A DNA stretch of 64,000 nt from Anthoceros angustus (lineage: Eukaryota > Plantae > Anthocerotophyta), in NCBI GenBank assembly GCA_010909165.1, contig MU008163.1:1736001-1800000 (forward strand), read 5' to 3'. The first letter of the stretch is position 1; each line of letters begins with the position of its first letter. A program made the position numbers and the translations under genes. Of the stretch, positions 14,552-25,738 are shown one piece after another. The notes under the pieces are model-generated. The model did no database searches and was not told the origin of the DNA. It saw only the letters and a list, made by a program, of their open reading frames with translations.

Positions 14552-16178
14552 ATGGCTGTGCTCATTGTCATTGTAGCTTGTATTCTAGCATTCTTGGTGC
14601 ACAATGGGATTCGCTACTGGGGAGTAAGGGGGCCAACACTGAGGCCAATCCTTGGGTCCACGCTCGAGGCGTGGGCGAATTACGACAGGTTCTACGACTG
14701 GATTACTGATTTGCTTCTGCGCTTCGATTTACTCTGCGGTCATACCCTGGGTGCCGTCCATGAATGCAATAATGACCTGCAGCCCGCAGAATGTGGAGCA
14801 CATCACCAAGGCTTCCTTCAAGGACTACCCCAAGGAACCTCCCGTTCTAGCAGCTTGTGAAGAGCTGCTGGGGCATCCCGTGCCATGGTGAGGTCCGTGG
14901 CACATTCCGTGAGCCATGGAGTGAATTCCCGCTTGATGCCGGTGTTGCACCACTTTGCCAACCTAGGACAGACATTTGATCTCCAGGTTCGAATCGCGTC
15001 ATCCACATTTTCGTTTCCTCTACTGTGCATAGTACTCCTGATCACATCGCTGTGCCTGTGTCTCTACAGGATGTCTTGCTGCGCTACACCTTTGACAATG
15101 TGTGCATGGTGACCTGCGGAGTGGATCCGGGTTCTCTGACGCCCGAGCTGGCGGAGGTGCAGTTTGCGTCAGCCATGAACCACCTCACCGAGATCAGCAC
15201 CAGCCGCTTCCTTATTCCACCTTGGTTATGGAAGGCCAAGAGGCTGCTCAAGCTAGGAGAAGAGAGCTAAGTGCCGTCCGCGACACGAATTGTGAACGAC
15301 TTCGCTGCCGGGGATATCCGATCCCGGAAACCGCTTCAAACACCGGACTCAGCAGCGCCCAAGCACACCGACCTGCTCTCCAGATTCATGCAGCTGCGGG
15401 ATTCCAAGAAAAAGCCTTACTCGGATGCCTTCCTCCGCGACGTTATCATCAACTTCATTCTTGCAGGCAGGGACACATCCGCAGTCGCTCTTTCCTGGTT
15501 CTTCTGGCTGCTGAATTCTCACCCGGAAACGGAACAAAAAATTCTACAAGAGATTGCGGAAATCCTCCGCTCCCGAAAGACTGATGACGAGCTCTCCACC
15601 GGAGGAAGCCTTTCCGACAGCAGATGCAGCCGTGGAAGCTGAATCTGATTGCTCTGATGCCTTCACCACCGAGGCTGAAGCGGATGGATTTTCTTCACGC
15701 AGCTCTGTCCGAGTCTCTCAGGCTGTTCCCGCCAGTTCCAGTCGACATCAAGTACGCCGCGAAGAAGGACACCCTGCCGGACGGGACGCATGTTCCAGCG
15801 GGATACCGCGTCTACTACTCCCTCTACTCCATGGCCAGAATGCCTCAGATCTGGGGCCCCGACTGCCGGGAGTTCAAGCCCGAGCGGTGGCTTCACAAGG
15901 GCGTCTTCCTCTCACAGAACCTGTACAAGTTTGCTGTGTTCAACGCCGGGCCTCGGCTGTGCTTGGGCAAGGACATGGCTTACGTGCAGATGAAGAGCTT
16001 GGCTGCTACCATCCTCCGACATTACCATGTCAGGGTGCAACCGAACCATCCTGTCAAGTATGGACTCTCTCTCACTTTGTTTATCAAGGATGGACTCATG
16101 GTCACTTTGCTCAAGCGAGAAGGAGTTCCTGAAACTGAAACAGGCCTGCTGTCAGATCCGAATGAGAAGAAACAGTAG
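14552..16178 (+). pseudogene. Cytochrome P450, CYP86 clan (CYP86-like fatty-acid omega-hydroxylase), pseudogene
   Basis: N-terminal TM anchor, I-helix [18 protein letters not shown], heme motif FNAGPRLCLG; intron ~14987-15070. Lesions: frameshift ~14728, loss of the GIFNxDG..W..R segment ~14880, TAA at 15268-15270, frameshift ~15665. Confidence 0.88.
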
Positions 16179-16275
16179 CAACTAGCAGCAGGATTAGATC
16201 CCAATGAGAAGAAATAGTAGCAACAGGATTAGACCCGAATGAGAAGACCTAAACAGTAGCAACAGGTTTGATCCA
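16153..16275 (+). repeat. Short tandem repeat (3-4 x gatccgaatgagaagaaacagtagcaa...) spanning the P450 stop
   Basis: Repeated units visible directly. Confidence 0.8.
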
Positions 16276-17116
16276 TAACCATTGTGACTGAAAGTGAACG
16301 GTCGATGCTCCATTCCGCAAATCCACCCGCTTGCGGTGTCTTTAGAAACGTCTGAATTCTACAAATTTTCGACAGGTTGCAGGCGTCATCCCGCATTTCC
16401 GTGTTTGCAAGTTCGCTATCCTCCCACACAGCGCATCGAGGCGAATCTCACACACTTCTCAGAAACTTGCACCCCGTACGTGACCCTCCTAAAGTGGCCG
16501 ATCTTTGTCCCTCTCATAAATTCTTGAGCTCTCAACAAGAGAATCTTTCCAGTTCTCAAACGATCCTCCGCCTGATTCTTGGGGTCGGCCTTCTTCGCTG
16601 AACTTGCTTCCCTCCCTTTGACTAGTCTATCATTTCCCATACATTCACCAACGAATTCGTGGTGATCTATCTCGCTCTTTGGCTAGGTCAAGGACAGAGT
16701 GTAGTGTTGTTTCTCGGAGGACGTCTTCAAAGCTCCCTTTTAAGTTTTTCTCTACGTCCTCCTAATCTTCTTCACATCCCGAAGTTTTGCACGAACTTCA
16801 GCTGCTTCTCTTAGGTTTTCCAACAAGGCGTCTACCAGCTCCATTCCAATTTCTCGTAACTTGGGTAGCCAATTGTGTAGAAGATTCCAGCTGCTCTCAA
16901 AACTCCTCCTACTGCTCCTCTGCTGGTGCGGAGGTCACCAACATTCCTCGGCGGTCTTCCTTGTCGTATTCTACTTCCACGTCACCAAATCCATATTGCT
17001 ATGCTTCGGTAGAAGCTGTCTCCTACCTCGGTCCTGCTTCCTGACTCTGCTGTTTTGACGTGGAGAACAGGGCTGAGTTACTGGGTAACCCATGACTGGA
17101 CCGGTCGCGCGTGCCG

Positions 17117-17265
17117 CGAACTGTACACCAGTTGGGCGACGAACCGTTACCATCTCAGGCGGCCGGATTCTGGGGCACATCTTCCCGGCACGCACGAACT
17201 GTACACCAGTTGGGCGACGAACCGTTACCATCTCAGGCGGCCGGATTCTGGGGCCCATCTTCCCC
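17117..17265. repeat. 78-bp tandem duplication
   Basis: cgaactgtacaccagttgggcgacgaaccgttaccatctcaggcggccggattctgggg occurs twice. Confidence 0.9.
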
Positions 17266-18718
17266 GTCCAGCCTGGTAGCCGGGCAAATATGCCCGGCAA
17301 CGCTGACCGGGCATGTCCGCACGGACACACGTCGTCCACCCCGCATCCCGGCCGCAATAGGAGGGATTCTTGTGGGTACGTACCCGCTATGGGCTGGAGT
17401 ACGCCCCATGCTTTTGCGGTGGTATACGATCGCCACGTCCACATATGTAAGACCTTCACACATCGATGCAATGTGCAGCCGCCACATGGTTACACGCTCG
17501 ACGTGGCTTTGGATTTGAATCGTGCATGCAATTTCGAATTAACGAAAATTTTAATACATCTATTTTAATTTCTATTATATTTATTACTTGGATATAATTT
17601 TTAATATAGTAAAATAATAATATTGTATTCACCATTCAACGAACGTATCTTTCCGACTTTCTGCTTACACCTAATCAGCTCCTACAACCTTTGTCAACAA
17701 ATTGGTGGCTAATCTGACAACTGAACTGCTGTTAGACCTACGCATATCGGGATGCAGGAATAAAAGGTGGGGGACTTCAAATGAATGGCTAGCGAGTATC
17801 AATGTTTAAAGAACGCAAGTAGAACCTCTTTGCGAAGATTTAGCTGGGACTTATTTGTGTAACCAGAAAGACCTACCTAGGCAACTCACATCTTATGATG
17901 ATCTATGAAATATCCCAAGAGAAATTGGTGGATTGGGAAAGCATCCATTATGGCTCATAGAAATTATTTGATGAATGAGGAGGGCAAGATTAGCTTCGCC
18001 TCCACCTTCTTAGTACACTTGTATCACCGGGGAAGTCTAGAAGGAGAAAGAGTTGGATGAAGCAAAAATACAGCCTTCTTTAGTACGAGTAGTGGAAGGA
18101 ACCCTACACATCAGCATGAAGCATCAGTTTCAGGGACGAAGAACGACAAAGGGAAGGAGAAGGAACTCATGAGACCACCTACCAAGGGAATTCGCATTCG
18201 TAGGCAAACACCATCGGTTGGGAAGGTCCGGTAGGAACTAGAGTACCTACAGAGGGAGGTGCTCTACGGGAGCCACTTATTAAACACGGCTTGCATTGTA
18301 GTAGTGTGGTCTACGTTAAATGATGCACGTCTTATAACGGCTTGCATTGTAGTAGTGTGGTCTACGTTAAATGATGCAACAGATAAGCACATTTGTGAGT
18401 CAGTCGTGTGCTCCACAAAAGAAATTTATATTAATTGTCCAGCTGGTGCTCGTGTGTTAACCTTGACTTCAGATGCCACGGCCCGCTATAGTACTGCAGA
18501 CTGTAGACCGGATAACGCGCACAATTTCTCAACAGGACATCTACTACTCACATTCTGACACAGGCTAAGAAACTATCACAGCAATATACCATCGCCAACC
18601 ATTTTGAGCAACAGAGCTCGGCTATTGAAAATCTGCCTACGCACCCAGGTCCAACCACTGCGCATGCTATGAGGCCTCCAGCTTATTCAAGCCGTGGCCG
18701 CGCGCCTCCGAGGCCGCT

Positions 18719-19251
18719 TTAGGAACTGATATTGAGATCCAAGCCTATGATCTCTGCACATGTATGAATAAACGGGGATCACCACGCATGCCTTAGGTCG
18801 AAATACGGGGCTCCAGTCAGCCACTTTTGAGCCCATGGCCAGCAGCACAAAACAGACTCCCATTTCACAATCAAACTTCAGACACTGACTTCCTGAAGAA
18901 TCTTGAGCGGACAACTTACGAATTCCTGCGACAGTCAGACTGAATGGGATGGGTGGTCTTGCCAGATGCAATAGTAACTGCACAGACGGAGCTCCATTAC
19001 AAAGAGCAACGAATCTTTGGAAATTCAGCGAAGCAAAAAAGAGAGAGATAACAGCACATACAGCACTAAACACAGCTCACCGTTATTAGCGTCAAACAAA
19101 TGATACCACCCAGTCCGGAGATGGTGACGTTGGCTTGCACGCTTTGTGCCTTGGCCGTCTGCACGAAGCAGGAAAGCAGCAGCATGGCCGCCATGAGCAG
19201 CACCACCAAGCGGGAGGCCTTGAAGCCAGCTGCTGACCCCGATCCTGCCAT
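18719..19251 (-). CDS. Small secreted peptide, copy 1 (3 exons, compensating frameshifts)
   Basis: Signal-peptide-like N-terminus; same GT/AG sites as copies 2 and 3; -1 nt in exon 1 and -2 nt in exon 2 restore the frame; ends QIIGLDLNISS*. Confidence 0.55.
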
Positions 19252-21707
19252 ATCCGAGCGCTGGGAAGCTTGGACGACACTGGGTAAGCGAGGTGCAGAC
19301 ACTCGAGAACTCGAGAGTGAAATGGTACACAGCTGGGAATGCTATGAGATTCCTGGCCCCCCTAGGCCTTGGTATAAATACTGCCCGGGTACGAGGACTT
19401 GAAGCTCCGCCCCCCCATGTGCGTAAAAGTTGTTCTTGCTCTCTTTTCAGGGCTCTTTCTTGTGCTTTAAGCTTATACTATATCATAAGGTGCTCATCTG
19501 GCTTAAACAAATGATTCTTTAAACAAATAAAAAAGATGCTGTGAACTTGTGGATGTCCGAGGTTGCCAGAGCTCTGGCGTGCGCTCACTGCATGTGGACG
19601 GGATATCTGTTACGGTTATGCACGACGGGATTTTATGTCTTCCAAGAAATACAGGACCATGTGTCCGGACATACTTAGCGTCCACTCTGGTTGGCTCTAG
19701 TCTTTCTTTTTTCCTTTTTCGCGATTTAAATTATTGTTTTAATCGCAAAAGGAAAAGGGACTGGCAGGCTCGAGTGGCACGCACAGGAGGACTGGATTGA
19801 CCGCAGTATTTTGAGTGTGGGTGTCTTTGAGGTTGGGGGATCAAGAAAATGTTCTTGTTTCATGTACAGTAGTTATGGCCGGCCCCGATGTACCAAGAGA
19901 CCAATTGCTGGCATAGTTCTTGATGGAGGTATATGATCTGAAGAAAAATCTTTCCAGGAAGAAGCTCTGATAGTGTGAACGCTGCTGGATATGATCCTTT
20001 CTACAGTAAAGTACTCTCGCCTAGTCAGCCAGGATACTTGCGCGTAGTGAATAACTCTGCTCAGCTGAGGTCATTGCTAGATTTTTATCTAGATAGGAAG
20101 GAATAGGGAGTTTGCTGAGTGGCGACGGTGTGTGGCAGTGTGCATGTTGGGTACCGGTGCTAGCCAACATACTGGAGATTCCAGTTGCTTTGGCCATTTT
20201 CCTGAAGAAACTCAATGGAAGCTACTTTTGGTTCTGTGCAGAGTCATCTACAGAGGCACACTTGGAGTCTCCTCAGCAAAAAGATAGAAGCAGATTACTT
20301 TGATACTCGAAACTCGATTTCGTCAACGCTGTAGCATTCAACACCTCCTCAATTTAAGAAGATGGAAGTAATCCATGGCAAGCTGGATATTATGCTGTTT
20401 TCTTGCCCGTTTCACAAGCTCCTGCAGTGTGAGCTGTGAACTGGACATGTGAATGCAGTGTGAGATGTGAGCTTGGACATGTGGTTCGATAGACTCCGAG
20501 AATTCAGCCTTCAGCTTGGGTCACTTTGCAACTTTACTGAACATGTGCATGCATAGCTTCTTGTAACCTGATATCCGGAGGATGCGGTTACCCAGGAACG
20601 TCTTGAATTCCTACCCGTCACACCGAGAGCATGAGCAAGGCGAGCCAGACGCAGATCCTTCTCTCAGCCGCACATTCTTTGTAGGATTTCCCGCTCCATG
20701 TCATTAAATCTTTCTGTTGAAGCCCGTCATGATTTCAACACTCTAGTCTTTGGGCGTGTTCCAACTTCCACGCTGCCAATCTTAGTAATCTGGGAGCCCG
20801 ACCCCACTATCTTATTTGCTAATGAGGTTTAGGCGACGGGACTAACGAATGCCGGTGTGGATGTCTGACTCCCACAGCTTGTTTGAATCCGCATCAGAAA
20901 AGATCGAGTTAAATATCAATATTTTCTGTTAGCTGTCGGGGCAATGAATTGGGCTTACCTCGGCCTTGAGCGCCAGAAAACTACTGGAAGATCATCCTTG
21001 GAAGCCGGCCTATTTGTTTTATAGCCGTGGCGACTCCAGAAGGCAGTAAAGATTGTGGGGCCATCCAGCAGACAAACATTAACAAATGACGAAGTCCAGG
21101 ATTCGGAGGTCTGAACTCACTGCCCAGCATCTCTTGTGAGGGAGCCCACACTTCCGACAGGGTACTTCCTGTTTCCACGCGCTCAACGTACACACCGATC
21201 ATTAAGCCCGAGGATGCATAGAACGTGCAAGGCTAGCGGAGACAACCAGAGGGCAGATACAGCGCTCTGCATCTGTCCAATTGTTAGCCACGAGGATGCT
21301 GAAAATGTTTAAGGCTAGTAGCAAGGACAAGAGCCTCGAAGCAGAGTGCAACATCATCACGTGTGCAATGATGCCGCAGATGAGCAAAAGAAAACGACAA
21401 ATATAAATTGACACAGATCACATTGCTCGTGTGATCTAATAGATGCCGCGGACGGCTAGTACGGCAGATTGCAGAGTACATAGTCTGGGTAGAGCAGATA
21501 ACGCGCACAGTTCCTCAACAGGACATCTACTACCCACAATGTGACACAGGCTAGGAAACCATCACAGAACAATAGTACCATCGCCTACCATTTTGAGCCA
21601 TAGAGCTCGGCTATTGACAATCTGCCTACGCACCCAGGTCCAACCACTGCGCATGCTATGAGGCATGCAGCTTATTCAAGCCGCGGCCGCGCGCCTCCGA
21701 GGCCGCT

Positions 21708-22236
21708 TTAGGAACTGATATTGAGATCCAAGCCTATGATCTCTGCACATGTATGAATAAACGGGGATCACCACGCATGCCTTAGGTCGAAATACGGGGC
21801 TCCAGTCAGCCACTTTTGAGCCCATGGCCAGCAGCACAAAACAGACTCCCATTTCACAATCAAACTTCAGACACTGACTTCCTGAAGAATCTTGAGCGGA
21901 CAACTTACGAATTCCTGCGACAGTCAGACTGAATGGGATGGAGACGGTCTTGCCAGATGCAATAGTAACTGCACAGACGGAGCTCCATTACAAAGAGCAA
22001 ATCTATTTGCACCTGAAGCAAAAAGAGAGAGATAACAGCACATACAGCACTAAACACAGCTCACCGTTATTAGCGTCAAACAAAATGATACCACCCAGTC
22101 CGGAGATGGTGACGTTGGCTTGCACGCTTTGTGCCTTGGCCGTCTGCACGAAGCAGGAAAGCAGCAGCATGGCCGCCATGAGCAGCACCACCAAGCGGTA
22201 GGCCTTGAAGCCACCTGCTGACCCCGATCCTGCCAT
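21708..22236 (-). CDS. Small secreted peptide, copy 2 (3 exons, 88 aa)
   Basis: Manual splicing gives MAGSGSAGGFKAYRLVVLLMAAMLLLSCFVQTAKA-QSVQANVTISGLGGIILFDANNVTIASGKTVSIPFSLTVAGIQIIGLDLNISS*. Confidence 0.7.
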
Positions 22237-22354
22237 ATCCGACCGCTGGGAAGCTTGGACGACACTGGATAAGAGGTGCAGAAACTCGAGAGCTCGAGAG
22301 TGAAATGGTACACAGCTGGGAATGCTATGAGATTCCCGACCTTCCTAGGCCTTT

Positions 22355-22365
22355 GATATAAATAC
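22355..22365 (-). promoter_or_regulatory. Candidate TATA box (TATTTATA) upstream of peptide copy 2; equivalent at ~19373-19380 for copy 1
   Basis: About 120 nt upstream of the ATG in both minus-strand copies; degenerate (GATTTGTA) in copy 3. Confidence 0.45.
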
Positions 22366-23735
22366 TGCCCGGTTACGATCGGGCTTGATGCACCGCAGCC
22401 CCATGTGCTTTAAGCTTATATTATGTCAAATAAATGCTGTCCAGTCCCATGGAAAAAGATGCGTTAACGCGATCGCTATTCGCCAATAAAAAGGATGCTG
22501 TGAACTTGTGGATGTCCGAGGTTGCCAGAGCCGTGGATTGCGCTCACTGCATGTGGACGGGATCTCTGTTACAGTTATGCACTGCGGGATTTTTTGTTTT
22601 CGCAGAAGTAGAGGACCATGTGTCCGTACATACATAGCGTCCACTGTGGTTGGCTCCAGTCTGTCTTTTTCCTTTTTCACAGTTTGGAAAAGTGACTGGC
22701 TGGCTCGAGTTGCGTGCACAGCAATACCAGATCGCCCGGAGTATTTGGTGTATGGGTGTCTATGAGGTTGGGGGATCAAGAAAATGTTCTTGTTGCATGT
22801 ACTCTAGTTATGGCCGGCCCCGAAGTACCAAGAGACCAGTTGCTGGCATGGTTCTTGATGGAGATCTACGATGTGAAGAAAAACCTTTCCAAGAAGAAGC
22901 TCTTATAGCGTGAACGCTGCTCGATATCCTGAACGCTGCTGCATATCCTCCTTTCCGTGTTCATTTTATGCATGCGAACAGCCGAATCTGGGCCCGGCAA
23001 AATTCCACGGGCTTGGGTCGGTGCTCACGCCAAAAGACCCTAACCGGTATCTACATGGAGGTTGGGTCCCAGACCAGCAGGTTTAGCTTCCTGCCGGCCA
23101 ATATCCCGCCACCTCATGGGTACTGTTGCTGGTGGGCGCAGGTGGGCAAGCTAGTCCTTTTTTCTTCCTTTAAAGCCAAATTGAAATCGCAAAGAAACAA
23201 AACAAGGATTTGGAGCCAGCCAGAGTGGACTTATGTATGTGTTCACACATGGTCCTGTTCTAGTATAAGGATATAAAATCCCGCCTTGCATAATTGTAAC
23301 AGAAATCCCGTCCACATGCAGTGAGCCTCCCACCTGCCCCTCCCCCTCCCCCCGGCCGCGGGCGCCAGCCCTCGCCACCTTCGACATCCACAAGTTCACG
23401 GCATCTTTAATCAATGGCACTGGACATTGGCCGGCATTTCGTTTGCGCCAGATGAGCACTTTCTTATGTAATATGAGCTTCAAGGACAAAAACGAACCCT
23501 GCGAGCAGAGCACCAACCACCTTCACACACGTGGGGGCGGTCCTTACGTTCTCGGGCCCAGGCAGGATTTGTATCGGAGTAGCGAGGACTGCAATCGCAT
23601 TGCCTTCCCAGCTGTAGAAAAATCGAGTCTGGAGGAGCCGAGAGTAAGCGACACCTGCCTCCCTCGAGAGTGTTTGCGCATCCTGCAGCTGCCCGCACCC
23701 GGCCTCGGCTTCGTCGAAGCTTCCAGCGCTCGGAT

Positions 23736-24266
23736 ATGGCAGGATCGGGGTCAGCAGCTGGCTTCAAGGCCTACCGCTTGGTGGTGCTGCTCATGGCGGC
23801 CATGCTGCTGCTTTCCTGCTTCGTGCAGACGGCCAAGGCACAAAGCGTGCAAGCCAACGTCACCATCTCCGGACTGGGTGGTATCATTTTGTTTGACGCT
23901 AATAACGGTGAGCTGTGTTTAGTGCTGTATATGCTGTTATCTCTCTCGTTTTTTGCTTCAGGTGCAAATAGATTTGCTCTTTATAATGGAGCTCCGTCTG
24001 TGCAGTTACTATCGCATCTGGCAAGACCGTCTCCATCCCATTCAGTCTGACTGTCGCAGGAATTCGTAAGTTGTCCGCTCAAGATTCTTCAGGAAGTCAG
24101 TGTCTGAAGTTTGATTGTGAAATGGGAGTCTGTTTTGTGCTGCTGGCCATGGTCTCAAAAGTGGCTGACTGGAGCCCCGTATTTCGACCTAAGGCATGCG
24201 TGGTGATCCCCGTTTATTCATACATGTGCAGGGATCACAAGCCTGGATCTCAATATCCGTTCCTAA
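23736..24266 (+). CDS. Small secreted peptide, copy 3 (exons 23736-23907, 24006-24065, 24232-24266; 88 aa)
   Basis: Donors gtgagc and gtaagt with tgcag acceptors; product ends ...VAGIRITSLDLNIRS*; the ATC/ATT difference from copy 2 is silent only in this spliced frame. Confidence 0.7.
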
Positions 24267-25738
24267 AGCGGCCTCGGAAGCGCGCGGCCGCGGCTTGAAT
24301 AAGCTGCATGCCTCATAGCATGCGCAGTGGTTGGACCTGGGTGCGTAGGCAGATTTTCAATAGCCGAGCTCTATTGCTCAAAATGGTGATAGTTTCCTAG
24401 CCTGTCACATTGTGGGTAGTAGATGTCCTGTTGAGGAACTGTGCGCGTTATGTGCTCTACAGTCTGCAGTACTATAGCAGGCCGTGGCATCTGAAGTCAA
24501 GGTTAATACACGAGCACCAGCTGGACAATTAATATAAATTTCTTTCGCGGAGCACACGACTGACTCACAAATGTGCTTATCTGTTGCATCATTTAACGTT
24601 GAGCTGTGTTTAGTGCTGTAAATACGCACAGATAGAAACAGAATATGTACTTTCAGACTCAAAACTCGATTTCGGTGACTCCCACCTGCATTTTTCAAAG
24701 CTGTAGCTTTCAGCACCTCCTAAACTCAAGAATGACGAAGTAATCGATGGCAAGCTGGATATTATGCTGCTTTCTAGCCAGTTTCACAATCTTCTTGCCA
24801 TCTGGATATTATGCTGCTTTCTAGCTAGTTTCACAATCTTCTGAGGTTGCAGTCTGAGCCATGAGCTTGGACATGTGGCTTGATAGACTCGGTGAAGTCA
24901 GCCTTCCCTTGAGCTTGGGTCACCTTCACGAACTATTATGAAACTTCATCAAGAATTTATGGAGCCTAAAAGTCATACTTTATAAGCTGAAGACTTATCA
25001 TATTTGAAGAAATATATTTTACAAGTTAAAAACTTATAAATTCCAAGTATAAGAGAAGATTATACAAATTATTTGAAGTCTCCACACAATGCTTGTAAAA
25101 ACAGAGGCAGATAATGGCTAAATAATTTAATATAATCTATATTCCACAACATGCAAACTTAATCCGATGAAGCCAATTTATCACAAATCCATTGTAGGAT
25201 CATTCTCATCATAGAGTTGGTGGACTAAAGTGTCTAATGGAACGTAGTGTAAATATGGACTCTAATGGACTTGGCTAATATGAGACTCATAAAGATATCT
25301 TCAAAAGCTGTTCACACATGTCTTATACGTTTCTCATATTCATGGCATCCCATAGCATTTTTTTACAAATCCATGAGATTAACAACACATACAAAGATAG
25401 TAACATCTTTCATTTCTCATAGATTCGAACTATGTGCAATACGTGGTTCAAGTTACCGAGGAACTTGGTCTTAGAACAATTATCTTTCTTTTCCTCCTTT
25501 CAAATAATTTCATTTGAAATAGAGCGGATTCTTTAAAGTTGTGAGATAAAAACCAATGCATAAACTAGATCTGCAATAGAAATATAATGAGATATACTTT
25601 ATGAACTATGTTTTTGTGAAAAGAGATATTTTATATTCTTCTACTTTGATAGAACATAGTACTTAAGGTGTAAATTGTAAATAAACTAAATAACCAAATA
25701 CATAGTGGCGCACACATATGCATGTGAATGTGTCTTAC

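Noticed and set aside
23670-24050. Unspliced 126-aa ORF as the peptide gene product
   Set aside because: Read-through is not conserved among the three copies, whereas the spliced model is.
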